Below are positions 51,045 through 59,891 of a stretch of 61,430 bases of DNA, piece by piece. Position numbers and translations under genes: made by a program. The stretch's first letter is position 1; each line of letters starts with the position of its first letter. The notes below the pieces were generated by a model. The model did no database searches. It saw only the letters and a list, made by a program, of their open reading frames with translations, and was not told where the DNA came from. Origin of the DNA: an uncultured bacterium (lineage in GTDB: Bacteria > CSSED10-310 > CAZUFC01); assembly GCA_964619725.1 (NCBI GenBank), contig CAZUFC010000033.1:5276-66705 (forward strand). Reading direction: 5' to 3'.

Positions 51045-51662
51045 ATGAATCTCCTAAACACAGGAAGAATACACCGGCACAGTCGAGTTAACGGACCGGG
51101 ACAAAGATTCGCTGTCTGGGTGCAGGGCTGTTCAAGGAAATGCGAGGGCTGCATGAATACTGAATTCTGGTCCGATGAGCCTAAACGTCTGCTTCACGTG
51201 GACGAACTTCACGAGATGATTATGCAGACCGAAGACATTGACGGCGTTACTTTTACGGGAGGAGAACCTTTTGAACAAGCATATCCACTATTCCTCCTGG
51301 CCAAAAAACTGAAAAAATCGGACATAAGCATCGTCTCCTATACAGGCTGCACAATTGAAGAATTGAGAAATCAGAACGATGCCTGCATACAGGGACTGCT
51401 AAGCACGCTCGATATTCTCATTGACGGACCCTACGTAAAAAAACTTAAATCGTCCCTATTATGGAGAGGAAGCTCTAATCAACGAATTCATATCCTTACC
51501 GACCGTTATCGCGAATACCCTCGTCACGCCGACGAAAATATCATGGATTTGGAACTCGCTTTAGACGGAGATACATTGTCCATGTCGGGCAACTTCGATG
51601 AAAAAATGATCTCGAAAATAAAACGACTGCTCAGTACAAAATACGGAATCAATATAAAATGA
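51045..51662 (+). CDS. Radical SAM protein, NrdG/activase-like
   Basis: NGPGQRFAVWVQGCSRKCEGC (CxxxCxxC), TFTGGEPFEQ, DILIDGPY, RGSSNQRI. Confidence 0.9.
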   Translation: MNLLNTGRIHRHSRVNGPGQRFAVWVQGCSRKCEGCMNTEFWSDEPKRLLHVDELHEMIMQTEDIDGVTFTGGEPFEQAYPLFLLAKKLKKSDISIVSYTGCTIEELRNQNDACIQGLLSTLDILIDGPYVKKLKSSLLWRGSSNQRIHILTDRYREYPRHADENIMDLELALDGDTLSMSGNFDEKMISKIKRLLSTKYGINIK

Positions 51663-52834
51663 TGAAAACACTCTCACAGAACGATGAATATTCACGCTAT
51701 ACTGCCGCCGTTGAAGATCGAACGCTCAAAATAAGACAAAAAGGGTTCCTGCTGTGCTTGGATACCAGGCCGAGTTATCTTTACAGGCATATTGCGAATC
51801 TGTTTTCAGTAAAATGCGAACAATACGACATACCCCTGAAATTTTCCATGCTGAGTCGTACCGAAGAGCTGCACGAAACGCCGGACGATGAATTTTTTCA
51901 TCAGAACGCGATGAGACATCGAGGCCGGTTCATTACTCCGCTTGCAGAAAATATATTTCCTCAAATACAGGACGAGGCATTACATCTTATTCTAATATCG
52001 GATGAAGTTCCCTATGACTGGAAGGACCAGGCGGAGTTCATCAGCAATAAATTCGTCAGTTCAAACGTGCTGATCATCCAGGATATGGAAAACCGAACCC
52101 TGTCGGATATCGAAAACGGGCTCATCGATGCCCTTTTTCAACCCCGGGCCATAACGGTGTCCATGCGATTCGAGGAAGGATTGCCCCATCAGCTTCCCGA
52201 TGGTTTTTCCGTATGTTTGCAGGACAATCAATTCGTGATGGAAAAAAATGAAAAGACATTCAAAATCGATATTCCGCTGAAAACTTTCGGCGCCTCCGGG
52301 GAGTCCCGCATTCATTTACTCCTGAATCAGACTCCTGCAGCGGAAATAAAAATCAAAAATAAAGACCCGGAAAGCTTTCGTTTTGAACGTGAATTATCTT
52401 CGAATGACGCCGGTATCTTTTTCCAGGCTGTCGAAAGCTATTGCTCCGGGAATAGAAACCATTTCTGTCCCTTATGCGGTTGCGAACATGAATTTGTTAA
52501 AGCGTTACACTGTCGAAATCAGTCATGCGGATTCAGGCTGTTTTCTGATGAAAGCTTAGTTTTCAAGGAAATTGAAGAATCAACAGACGAAAACACGAAA
52601 TTCATCCTGTTCAAAGTAGGCAAAAAACGGGTATACTGGCGAAGGTCGAACAGCGGCCTGATTTTTCTGAACAGAAAGCAGGCCCTGTATGCCGTTAATA
52701 ATTCCTTTTTCATGCTTGAAATTGCAAAATCATTGAAAATGACGGAATTCGATATCCTGCATGAGAGTCTGTATTGTTTCAGACCGAAGAATTTGCTGGC
52801 ATTGAAGTTGTCGGAAGCAGAAAATGAAATTTGA
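51659..52834 (+). CDS. Hypothetical protein, possibly a degenerate vWA-like N-terminal part plus a Cys cluster
   Basis: LCLDTRPS (MIDAS-like), LILISDEVPYDW, CPLCGCEH..HC..SC; ATGA overlap with the upstream gene. Confidence 0.6.
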   Translation: MMKTLSQNDEYSRYTAAVEDRTLKIRQKGFLLCLDTRPSYLYRHIANLFSVKCEQYDIPLKFSMLSRTEELHETPDDEFFHQNAMRHRGRFITPLAENIFPQIQDEALHLILISDEVPYDWKDQAEFISNKFVSSNVLIIQDMENRTLSDIENGLIDALFQPRAITVSMRFEEGLPHQLPDGFSVCLQDNQFVMEKNEKTFKIDIPLKTFGASGESRIHLLLNQTPAAEIKIKNKDPESFRFERELSSNDAGIFFQAVESYCSGNRNHFCPLCGCEHEFVKALHCRNQSCGFRLFSDESLVFKEIEESTDENTKFILFKVGKKRVYWRRSNSGLIFLNRKQALYAVNNSFFMLEIAKSLKMTEFDILHESLYCFRPKNLLALKLSEAENEI

Positions 52835-53426
52835 CTTTCACATCGACGAAACCGGAACGCCTTTGGCGGCGTATGCCAGGGGCAAATACATCGCAGTTTT
52901 GCCGGTCACGAAATATCAATTCGAACGGTATATCTGGGAAACTGCTCCTAACTGGATAAACTACGACCTGCTGCTGGAGCAGACAGGAAGAGTTTCCCCG
53001 AAAGAGATCAACAGAAATAATATCGGCCAGGCTTTCATCTCCAATATCAACTTCAGGGAAGCGGAACTTTTCTGCAGATGGGCGAAAGCGCGACCGCCTT
53101 CCTCCACCGAATGGAACGAATCGCATAAGATACGTTTCCACAACAGGATAATAGAAAGATGCGTCAAATATCTGCATAGCAATGAAGCCGCAAAAAAAGT
53201 CGATCCCAGGCTGTTGACTCTTTTCACAAAAATGCATGAATACGGCATTACCCCGAACGATACGACAGACATCGGCGAACTTGTAAGCGAATTTTCCGCT
53301 CATCCTTACGGCAGGATATACCTGAAGTATGATCTGGATGACGAGGCTTTTATAACGGGAAGCAAGCCTGCGGAGATAAAATGTCCAGAATTCGGCTTTA
53401 CCTATATCAGGGCGCAGGTGCGATGA
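52824..53426 (+). CDS. Degenerate FGE-sulfatase (SUMF1-like) fold protein
   Basis: PVTKYQFERYI, NINFREAELFCRWAKARPPSSTEW, DIGELVSEF and FGF parallel the FGE consensus VTNxQY, VSWxDAxAYCxWxGxRLPTEAEW, DMxGNVWEW and GFR. Confidence 0.65.
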   Translation: MKFDFHIDETGTPLAAYARGKYIAVLPVTKYQFERYIWETAPNWINYDLLLEQTGRVSPKEINRNNIGQAFISNINFREAELFCRWAKARPPSSTEWNESHKIRFHNRIIERCVKYLHSNEAAKKVDPRLLTLFTKMHEYGITPNDTTDIGELVSEFSAHPYGRIYLKYDLDDEAFITGSKPAEIKCPEFGFTYIRAQVR

Positions 53427-55498
53427 TGAATGACCGGATTGCGAAGGCTGAGAAAAAATTGCGTTCGTCTTTCGTATTTTCGAGGAAGGCGGCAGTTAGA
53501 ATGCTTGAACAGTCCGAACGATCCGGGGCAATCAGGATGCTGAAAGAAGCATTGAAAGACGCTCATCCCGGCGTAAGGAATCTTGCAGTAATCGTTTTGG
53601 GCAATTTAGATGCTCAGGATGCTGTCCCGCAAATAGGCCCTCTTATTTCCGATCCTGCTCGGAGAGTAAAAAGAAGTGCGGTCCAGTCATTACGTCGAAT
53701 TGGAATATCAACATGCACCGATTATTTGATTTCCGGACTGGAGGACGATGCGCCGAACATCCGGAAATTATGCGTGGAAGGACTAGCGGAGATAGGCGAT
53801 CCGAAAGCCGTAATGGCTTTATTGAAAAAACAAATAAAATCTGATCGGATGCTATCGCAGACCATAGCGAAAGCATTACATAGAATCGGGTGTAGGGCTG
53901 TCCCGCAATTAATAGCATCGGTAAACGGAAACGATGTCGCGCTGCGGATAGCCGCCGTCCAACTTTTAGGCGATTTAAAGCCTCGATCAGCCGTCGAACC
54001 GTTGATAGAAGCATTGGATACGGATGAATATAATGTTAGAAAAAGCGTTGAAAAAGCGCTCTGCGAATTCGGAAACGATGTCTTTGAACCTCTGGTTCAA
54101 AAACTCGGTCATCCAAACTCGGCAGTAAGGCAGAGCACTGTACGGGTACTGGATCGTTTGAAATGGAATCCGGTTTCAGATACCGAAAAGGCTTATTATT
54201 TAATCGCTGTCGGAAAATGGAACAGAGCGCTCCATTTAAGGCGATATGCTTCTTCGCCATTGTTGAACGCCCTGAATTTCGATTCCCTGGTTGACCTCAA
54301 AAATGCCGTTAAAAGCATCAGCAAAGCAGGATTAAAAGAGGCTGAGGAGCCGATGCGCCGGTTGTTGGCGGGCAAAAACGACAGAGAGCTTCGATTGACG
54401 ATACTTGTGGCGCTTGGAGAACTGCAGGCGACAGCAAGCGCTGAAACGATAATCGAATATCTCAAACCGGATGATCCGCCAATGAACAGAATCGCTCTGT
54501 CCAGTCTGGTGAAAATAGGGATGCCTGCTGTCGATTGCTATGTGAATGCGTTGCTGAGTCCCGACCAAAAAGTCAGAAAATCCGTTCTGAAGCTCTTGAA
54601 GAAATTGAAATGGACGCCTTTATCCGATGAGCAACTGGCGACAAAACATGTGGCCGCACTAAACTGGTCCAAAGCATTGTCCATCGGTGATCCTGCATTG
54701 CTGCCCCTGATCAGTGCGATGAAGTTTAACAATCATCATTCAGTCGCAGCGGCCGTCGATTCACTGGGCGAGTTGGGCAATCAGGAAGCGGCAGTCCCCC
54801 TGATCGATACCCTTCGATCAAATGTTACTTTCGTAAAATGCAAATGCCTGAATGCATTGGGACGAATCGGAGGTTCCCGGGCCCTCCTGGCCCTGATAGA
54901 CGCTCTGAACGACCAGAACGAGTCAATCAAAACCGCTGCCGCAGAAGCCGCAGAACAAATCCTTCAATCTTCTCTTCAGCCGCTGATCGAACTGATCACA
55001 ACACAGGATCCCCAAATAAAAAGGAAAAGCATTCATGCCGCAGGCAGAATGAAAGAACCAGGCGTTATGAAATTCATTCTCGCTGCACTGGATGACCCCG
55101 ACTCGAATGTCAGAAAAACCGCACTCCAGGCCCATAAGCAAATTAATCCTCTGGTTAAAGGAATCATCTTCGGCAATATCAAACTGAACGGATGCAGAAA
55201 AGCCGTCAGCAATGTTCAATTTGAAAACATGAAAGTACCCTTCGAAAACCTCGAACTCATACTGATAGATGCATACTCATACGAAATGATCAAAGTCGAA
55301 CAGTTCATTACTTACGCCCTGGACTATATCGGTGAAAAATATCTTAAAAGAAAAGTTACCGCTTACATTCGCGGAAACGAGAAGGATTTACAGCAAAACC
55401 TGCTCAACAACTTAAAAAATAATTTTAAAAAAGTCGTCGAAGTCCAAAACCTGGCGAAAAACAAAATAATTAAAACTCTTGGAGGAAAAGGTGCATGA
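53423..55498 (+). CDS. HEAT (PBS-lyase-type) repeat protein with a non-repeat C-terminal domain
   Basis: Many repeats of the type VRxxAxxxLG..AVxPLIxAL; two LKWxPxSD..W inserts; ATGA overlap. Confidence 0.88.
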   Translation: MMNDRIAKAEKKLRSSFVFSRKAAVRMLEQSERSGAIRMLKEALKDAHPGVRNLAVIVLGNLDAQDAVPQIGPLISDPARRVKRSAVQSLRRIGISTCTDYLISGLEDDAPNIRKLCVEGLAEIGDPKAVMALLKKQIKSDRMLSQTIAKALHRIGCRAVPQLIASVNGNDVALRIAAVQLLGDLKPRSAVEPLIEALDTDEYNVRKSVEKALCEFGNDVFEPLVQKLGHPNSAVRQSTVRVLDRLKWNPVSDTEKAYYLIAVGKWNRALHLRRYASSPLLNALNFDSLVDLKNAVKSISKAGLKEAEEPMRRLLAGKNDRELRLTILVALGELQATASAETIIEYLKPDDPPMNRIALSSLVKIGMPAVDCYVNALLSPDQKVRKSVLKLLKKLKWTPLSDEQLATKHVAALNWSKALSIGDPALLPLISAMKFNNHHSVAAAVDSLGELGNQEAAVPLIDTLRSNVTFVKCKCLNALGRIGGSRALLALIDALNDQNESIKTAAAEAAEQILQSSLQPLIELITTQDPQIKRKSIHAAGRMKEPGVMKFILAALDDPDSNVRKTALQAHKQINPLVKGIIFGNIKLNGCRKAVSNVQFENMKVPFENLELILIDAYSYEMIKVEQFITYALDYIGEKYLKRKVTAYIRGNEKDLQQNLLNNLKNNFKKVVEVQNLAKNKIIKTLGGKGA

Positions 55499-56454
55499 TC
55501 TGTCCGTTTTGTATGAACGAGCATAATCAAACCGAAGAAGAATGCCCTGAAAAAGGACTCCGAATTCCGAAATCCTACCTGACGTCAAATAATCCGGTCA
55601 ATTTCGTTTTCACCATTGGCTACAGCGGACACGGTAAAACCTGTTATCTCAGCAGCCTGTTTCATACTTTTTACCACGGTTCATATTCGCAAAAATGGCC
55701 CGGATTCTCTTTCCTCGGACTCACACAGGACACCCTGAACAAAATACATAACGAATACGTGCACCCTCTGTCCCAGGGCAATCTTCCACCTAAAACGCCA
55801 ATAATGTTTCCTACTCCCCTGATTCTAAAACTGCAGAATGCCCCTTTAAAAAAAGGTCCCCTTTCTTTAAGAGTAAAACAGAAAGAAATTATTATCATTT
55901 TCTATGACATAGGCGGCGGCACCTTCGAAGTCGCTGAAAAGATTGAAGAGAATCTGCCCCTGCTTTCCAAAATAAGAACGCTCGTTTTTCTGATCGACCT
56001 GCCCGGACTCATTGAAGACGAAACGGAAGGAAAACCCGATGTTGTTAAAAGACTTCATAACCTCATGAACACGATTTATCTCGCCCTGGAAAACATCAAT
56101 CAGAAAAATAAAAAAGATCTTATTATCTGCTTCTCTAAAGCTGATATTATGTGGAAAAGAAAGGACCTGTACGGCGCACTGGCCATGAAACGCAAGAACA
56201 GCTTACCCTCGATCAGAGAAATCCCTAAATACATGATCGAAATGAAAAATTTCTCGGAAAACATTCACCGGTACATAAGCGAGCGATATAATCCGTTTTA
56301 CGCCGTCCTGAAAAATAATTTCCGGAAAATATACTTTACAACCTTTTCAGCTCTGGGGAAAGCTCCAACCGATGATAACCAGATAAAAGCCCTGACGCCG
56401 CGCAATGTGCTTGACCCGATTTTCTGGACTATGCGTCTTAATAAATGCCTGTGA
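55495..56454 (+). CDS. TRAFAC-clade GTPase (double-GTPase-2-like) with N-terminal Zn ribbon
   Basis: MICPFC..ECP; G1 GYSGHGKT; PPKT (G2); G3 YDIGG; G4 SKAD; G5 SALG; PRNVLDPIFW. Confidence 0.8.
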   Translation: MICPFCMNEHNQTEEECPEKGLRIPKSYLTSNNPVNFVFTIGYSGHGKTCYLSSLFHTFYHGSYSQKWPGFSFLGLTQDTLNKIHNEYVHPLSQGNLPPKTPIMFPTPLILKLQNAPLKKGPLSLRVKQKEIIIIFYDIGGGTFEVAEKIEENLPLLSKIRTLVFLIDLPGLIEDETEGKPDVVKRLHNLMNTIYLALENINQKNKKDLIICFSKADIMWKRKDLYGALAMKRKNSLPSIREIPKYMIEMKNFSENIHRYISERYNPFYAVLKNNFRKIYFTTFSALGKAPTDDNQIKALTPRNVLDPIFWTMRLNKCL

Positions 56455-56525
56455 CAACGTTAGGCCGAATGTGTGACAGGCCGAAGCCTTTCCGGATATG
56501 AATTTATAGCTTGAAGGAGATTCCA

Positions 56526-58328
56526 ATGCCTCGATTTGATTTGTTACAACATGTTTACACCAGCGGCAAACGGGAATTCGAAACGGTCGCCGCATGCGAG
56601 GATATCTCAAAAGAAGAACAATTGAGGCTTGAAAGCAAATCACTGTATGTTCTGCCCGCCTCGCTGATGTACGCAGAAAATCCCGCTGCACCCCATAAAT
56701 ACATTTTTTATCAGCTCAATGAAAAACGGTGCGTGGTCGGACGTGCCGTCTATATCGGAAAGGACGGACTCGGACGCCCAGGAAACTACCTGTTTCATAA
56801 TCTTATTATTAATTCATCCGACTTTGAAAAGCTTTACAATAATCCACTGGCACTGATAAAGCATATTAAAAAAGAGGCAGGTTTTATCGACTCAATCCCT
56901 CAAGACCCGGCGCTCCCACCGCTTTCCGTCGATATGACGATACCGGATACAAACAGTTATCAGAATTTTTCGAACGATAACCGGCTTATTCACGCTCTTT
57001 GGGAAGTCGTTCAACATTCCGAAAATATTAAAAAACCGGTTCTTATCCTGGGAAATGAAAACGATATACTGGAAGTCGCAGAATGGATAATTGCTGCTTT
57101 GGCGCCCGTTGAACTACGGACTAAAATTAGTTTTGACTCATACTCGTACAACGTGAATACGAATTCTACCATAGTCGCCCTGCCTTCGCTGAATGAATAC
57201 CGACAAAGCATCGCCTTTTCGATTAAAATTAAACCTCAAAACAGAGAATTCTCAATAAACATCGAACCCGCGCAACCCGCGCCCATGACCTTGCTGGTCC
57301 TTAAAAAACTCAGCAGCGACAAAATCAACGACGTGATAAAGCTGCACAGAATAAGACACGATGCCTGCAGACAGGGGTTCCACGCCGCAAAAAACATGTT
57401 TCTTAACTCCCCTGAAGATATCCGTTCTTTTTTTTATTCCGAATATCGAAAAAGCATACTCAATCACATAATCCAAAAAATTGATATGGATGTTCTCTCA
57501 GGCGTTAAAAAGTTCATAGACCGAAAAGATTTCGAATTTTTAAGCCGCGACTTGCAAATTGTAAAACAATGCATGCAGTTCGATCTGAAAAAACTTAATG
57601 CGATGATAGCCTCATGGTTCCTGAAATTGCAAAACAAAAACCAAATTCTGCCCCTCTTTGTAAATGCGCCGTCTGTGCTGGAGATTCTTCTCGATCGAAT
57701 CGATTTTTCTTCCGAAAACACAGAATGGATATACAGGATGTTCGCTCTCCTGCCTGATCGTTACGATCCCGAAATAGAGCGCCTGTTCCTGAAAGTAGTC
57801 CTTCCACAAGTGGGAAACCTCCAAAGCGATAAAAAACTGAATTCAATTATGATCGACATATTCAATAAATTACCCGAAACGAACGATAAAGAAATTATCT
57901 TCATGAGGAATTATATTCTAGGCAACATTTCGGTCGATTCTTCATTTTTGGACGCATTTAAGGCGGACTATCGCTCAACGCTAGGATACGACGTTAAAAA
58001 AGGAATTCTAAGCGGCAACATATCAATGTTGGTCCACAGCGAAATGGGAAAAGAAACCATACCTTTTCTTATCGAGCTGTTCTCAAATACAGAAACAAAA
58101 AAAGAGCGGCTTGACGATATCCTGAAATATTTAAAAGATTCAAAAACAAAAAACAGGAATCCGAAAGAAGTGAAAAAACACCTGTTGAAAAATGTGTTTT
58201 TATTCAAAGAAAACGAAATACCCCGGCCGAAAACAAAAAAAGACCGGTCCTCCGGACGAAAACCGAAACCGGTCGTAAAACAGACAAAAAAAAGAAACTT
58301 TTTCAGCCGGTTATTTGGAAACAAATAG
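56526..58328 (+). CDS. GAP1-N2-domain protein (GTPase-associated protein 1)
   Basis: QHVYTS..FETVA..YVLP..GRAVYIGKDGLGRPGNYLFHNL matches the GAP1-N2 pattern as I recall it; helical C-terminus ending FFSRLFG; AAGGAG RBS. Confidence 0.75.
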   Translation: MPRFDLLQHVYTSGKREFETVAACEDISKEEQLRLESKSLYVLPASLMYAENPAAPHKYIFYQLNEKRCVVGRAVYIGKDGLGRPGNYLFHNLIINSSDFEKLYNNPLALIKHIKKEAGFIDSIPQDPALPPLSVDMTIPDTNSYQNFSNDNRLIHALWEVVQHSENIKKPVLILGNENDILEVAEWIIAALAPVELRTKISFDSYSYNVNTNSTIVALPSLNEYRQSIAFSIKIKPQNREFSINIEPAQPAPMTLLVLKKLSSDKINDVIKLHRIRHDACRQGFHAAKNMFLNSPEDIRSFFYSEYRKSILNHIIQKIDMDVLSGVKKFIDRKDFEFLSRDLQIVKQCMQFDLKKLNAMIASWFLKLQNKNQILPLFVNAPSVLEILLDRIDFSSENTEWIYRMFALLPDRYDPEIERLFLKVVLPQVGNLQSDKKLNSIMIDIFNKLPETNDKEIIFMRNYILGNISVDSSFLDAFKADYRSTLGYDVKKGILSGNISMLVHSEMGKETIPFLIELFSNTETKKERLDDILKYLKDSKTKNRNPKEVKKHLLKNVFLFKENEIPRPKTKKDRSSGRKPKPVVKQTKKRNFFSRLFGNK

Positions 58329-58351
58329 ATTTTTAAAAGCGAGGCGTAAAA

Positions 58352-59395
58352 ATGAGCGGTTTAAAAGAAAGCGATATAGTTTTACAAAGGCAGACGGCTC
58401 AGTTGCTGAAAGCGCAACAGGACCGAAAAAAAGCCGGCGAACAATGCCGCATTTGCATCAATGAAGCACAAAAGTTGATGGACAGACTGGGAAACCTGTC
58501 CGCCGAAAATGAGGAAATTTCGACAAAATTCATAGAGTATACTTCAGTGCTGTCGCAACAGTCGAAGGGATTGAAAGTAGCTGAAACCAGAGTTGAGTCT
58601 ATAGAGTTGCCTCAGTATCCGGGGGATGTTGTTTTTGAGGACCTGGCCGGCGATCAGCAGATTCTAAACGAAGTAAAGGCGAAAATTAAAAATGTGAAGG
58701 CCCTGGTCCGAAATGTGAACAAAGAAATAATTCAATTAAAAGAAGCAGATGAGAATATCGGCGCAGTTGAATTCGAAATGGAGCAATTCCAGAGTGATTT
58801 GAACGCAGGAAGGGATATCCTTACAAAATGGATGCCGCATGAATGCGCATCCCTGGATCAAGGCTTCAACAGATTGAAAGATGAGTTTAACGAACTGAGA
58901 AGTAAAAAGGCGGAATCTATCGAAGCGACTGAACTGGCAGCCGAACTGAGAAACAGGATCGAAGAAATTAGACAGTTGCATGCACGCCTGAAAAACAATC
59001 TCAACGAATCCGAAAAAAGGGAAGAGATGCACGACAAAAGACTGTACATTTTAAAGTCGCTGCGTGAGGTTTGCGCATCATTGGGATTCGAGGAAATTGC
59101 GGACCCCAGATACGAACGAAACAAAGATTTCAATAGCCCCATAGTCCATGAAATAGATACCCTTGACGAAGGCAAAATCAGCTTTAGAATTCATCTGGAA
59201 AACAAAATAGATTCCCGTTCGGCACTGGATACCTCAATATGCGGCACAGAATTCGCCCAATTATCAGAACTGCTCTCAAAAGAATTCGGCATAAATACGC
59301 ATTTCAAATTAGAGGACGGAAGCGATCTGCCCAAACTTAAAACTAAAACAGGCAAACCCTTGCCGGAATCCGCAACAAAAAAAAGAACAAACTGA
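58352..59395 (+). CDS. Coiled-coil protein with a small C-terminal alpha/beta domain
   Basis: Heptad-rich E/K/Q/L sequence, then ILKSLREVCASLGFE..ISFRIHLE..C..LSELLSKEFG; GAGG RBS. Confidence 0.8.
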   Translation: MSGLKESDIVLQRQTAQLLKAQQDRKKAGEQCRICINEAQKLMDRLGNLSAENEEISTKFIEYTSVLSQQSKGLKVAETRVESIELPQYPGDVVFEDLAGDQQILNEVKAKIKNVKALVRNVNKEIIQLKEADENIGAVEFEMEQFQSDLNAGRDILTKWMPHECASLDQGFNRLKDEFNELRSKKAESIEATELAAELRNRIEEIRQLHARLKNNLNESEKREEMHDKRLYILKSLREVCASLGFEEIADPRYERNKDFNSPIVHEIDTLDEGKISFRIHLENKIDSRSALDTSICGTEFAQLSELLSKEFGINTHFKLEDGSDLPKLKTKTGKPLPESATKKRTN

Positions 59396-59705
59396 TCAAA
59401 TGGGGGTTATACTTAAAACAAAATTCATCTACTGAAATCCCGGGACTGATCAAATATCGATTACATTTTTATCAACAAAAAAAGCGTATTGAAATCCCCC
59501 TTAACAAGGGCTGTTGATTTAAGTTCTTCAGAATACCGCTGAAGCCGGAAATTCCGGTGAAATTGGAATCCACGAAGCCGAACGTCGCCCTGATTCATTT
59601 GCATTTAACCAAACAAGATCGACCGGCTTTACATATCTTTAAAGATTCAATACGGCGCCTGACGACCTGCAGGTTGAGGTCAGACTGAATCAACACTTCC
59701 TAACA

Positions 59706-59891
59706 AGTGCCTGTCCATAAACTCGATTCATAATTCAAATTTTGATGCTGGACAAGCACTGCGGTTTCTGATCCATAAACGAGCGAATTGTTCTTAAGGC
59801 AAGGAAGGTAAGGATTTGCGAAAGTGGCGTATTGCTTATACGTTGACTGAGCAAATCCGAAGCCTGACGCAGCATTAGGGAAAATTCGCCG
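59706..59891 (-). mobile_element. MITE-like dispersed repeat, copy 2, left end missing, fused to the NACHT gene
   Basis: The reverse complement aligns over about 185 bp with 36791-36975. Confidence 0.75.

Noticed and set aside
49214-51662. Annotation as housekeeping clpB and nrdG
   Set aside because: The ATPase lacks the N-domain, active D1 and middle domain, no nrdD is adjacent, and the operon context is unrelated.
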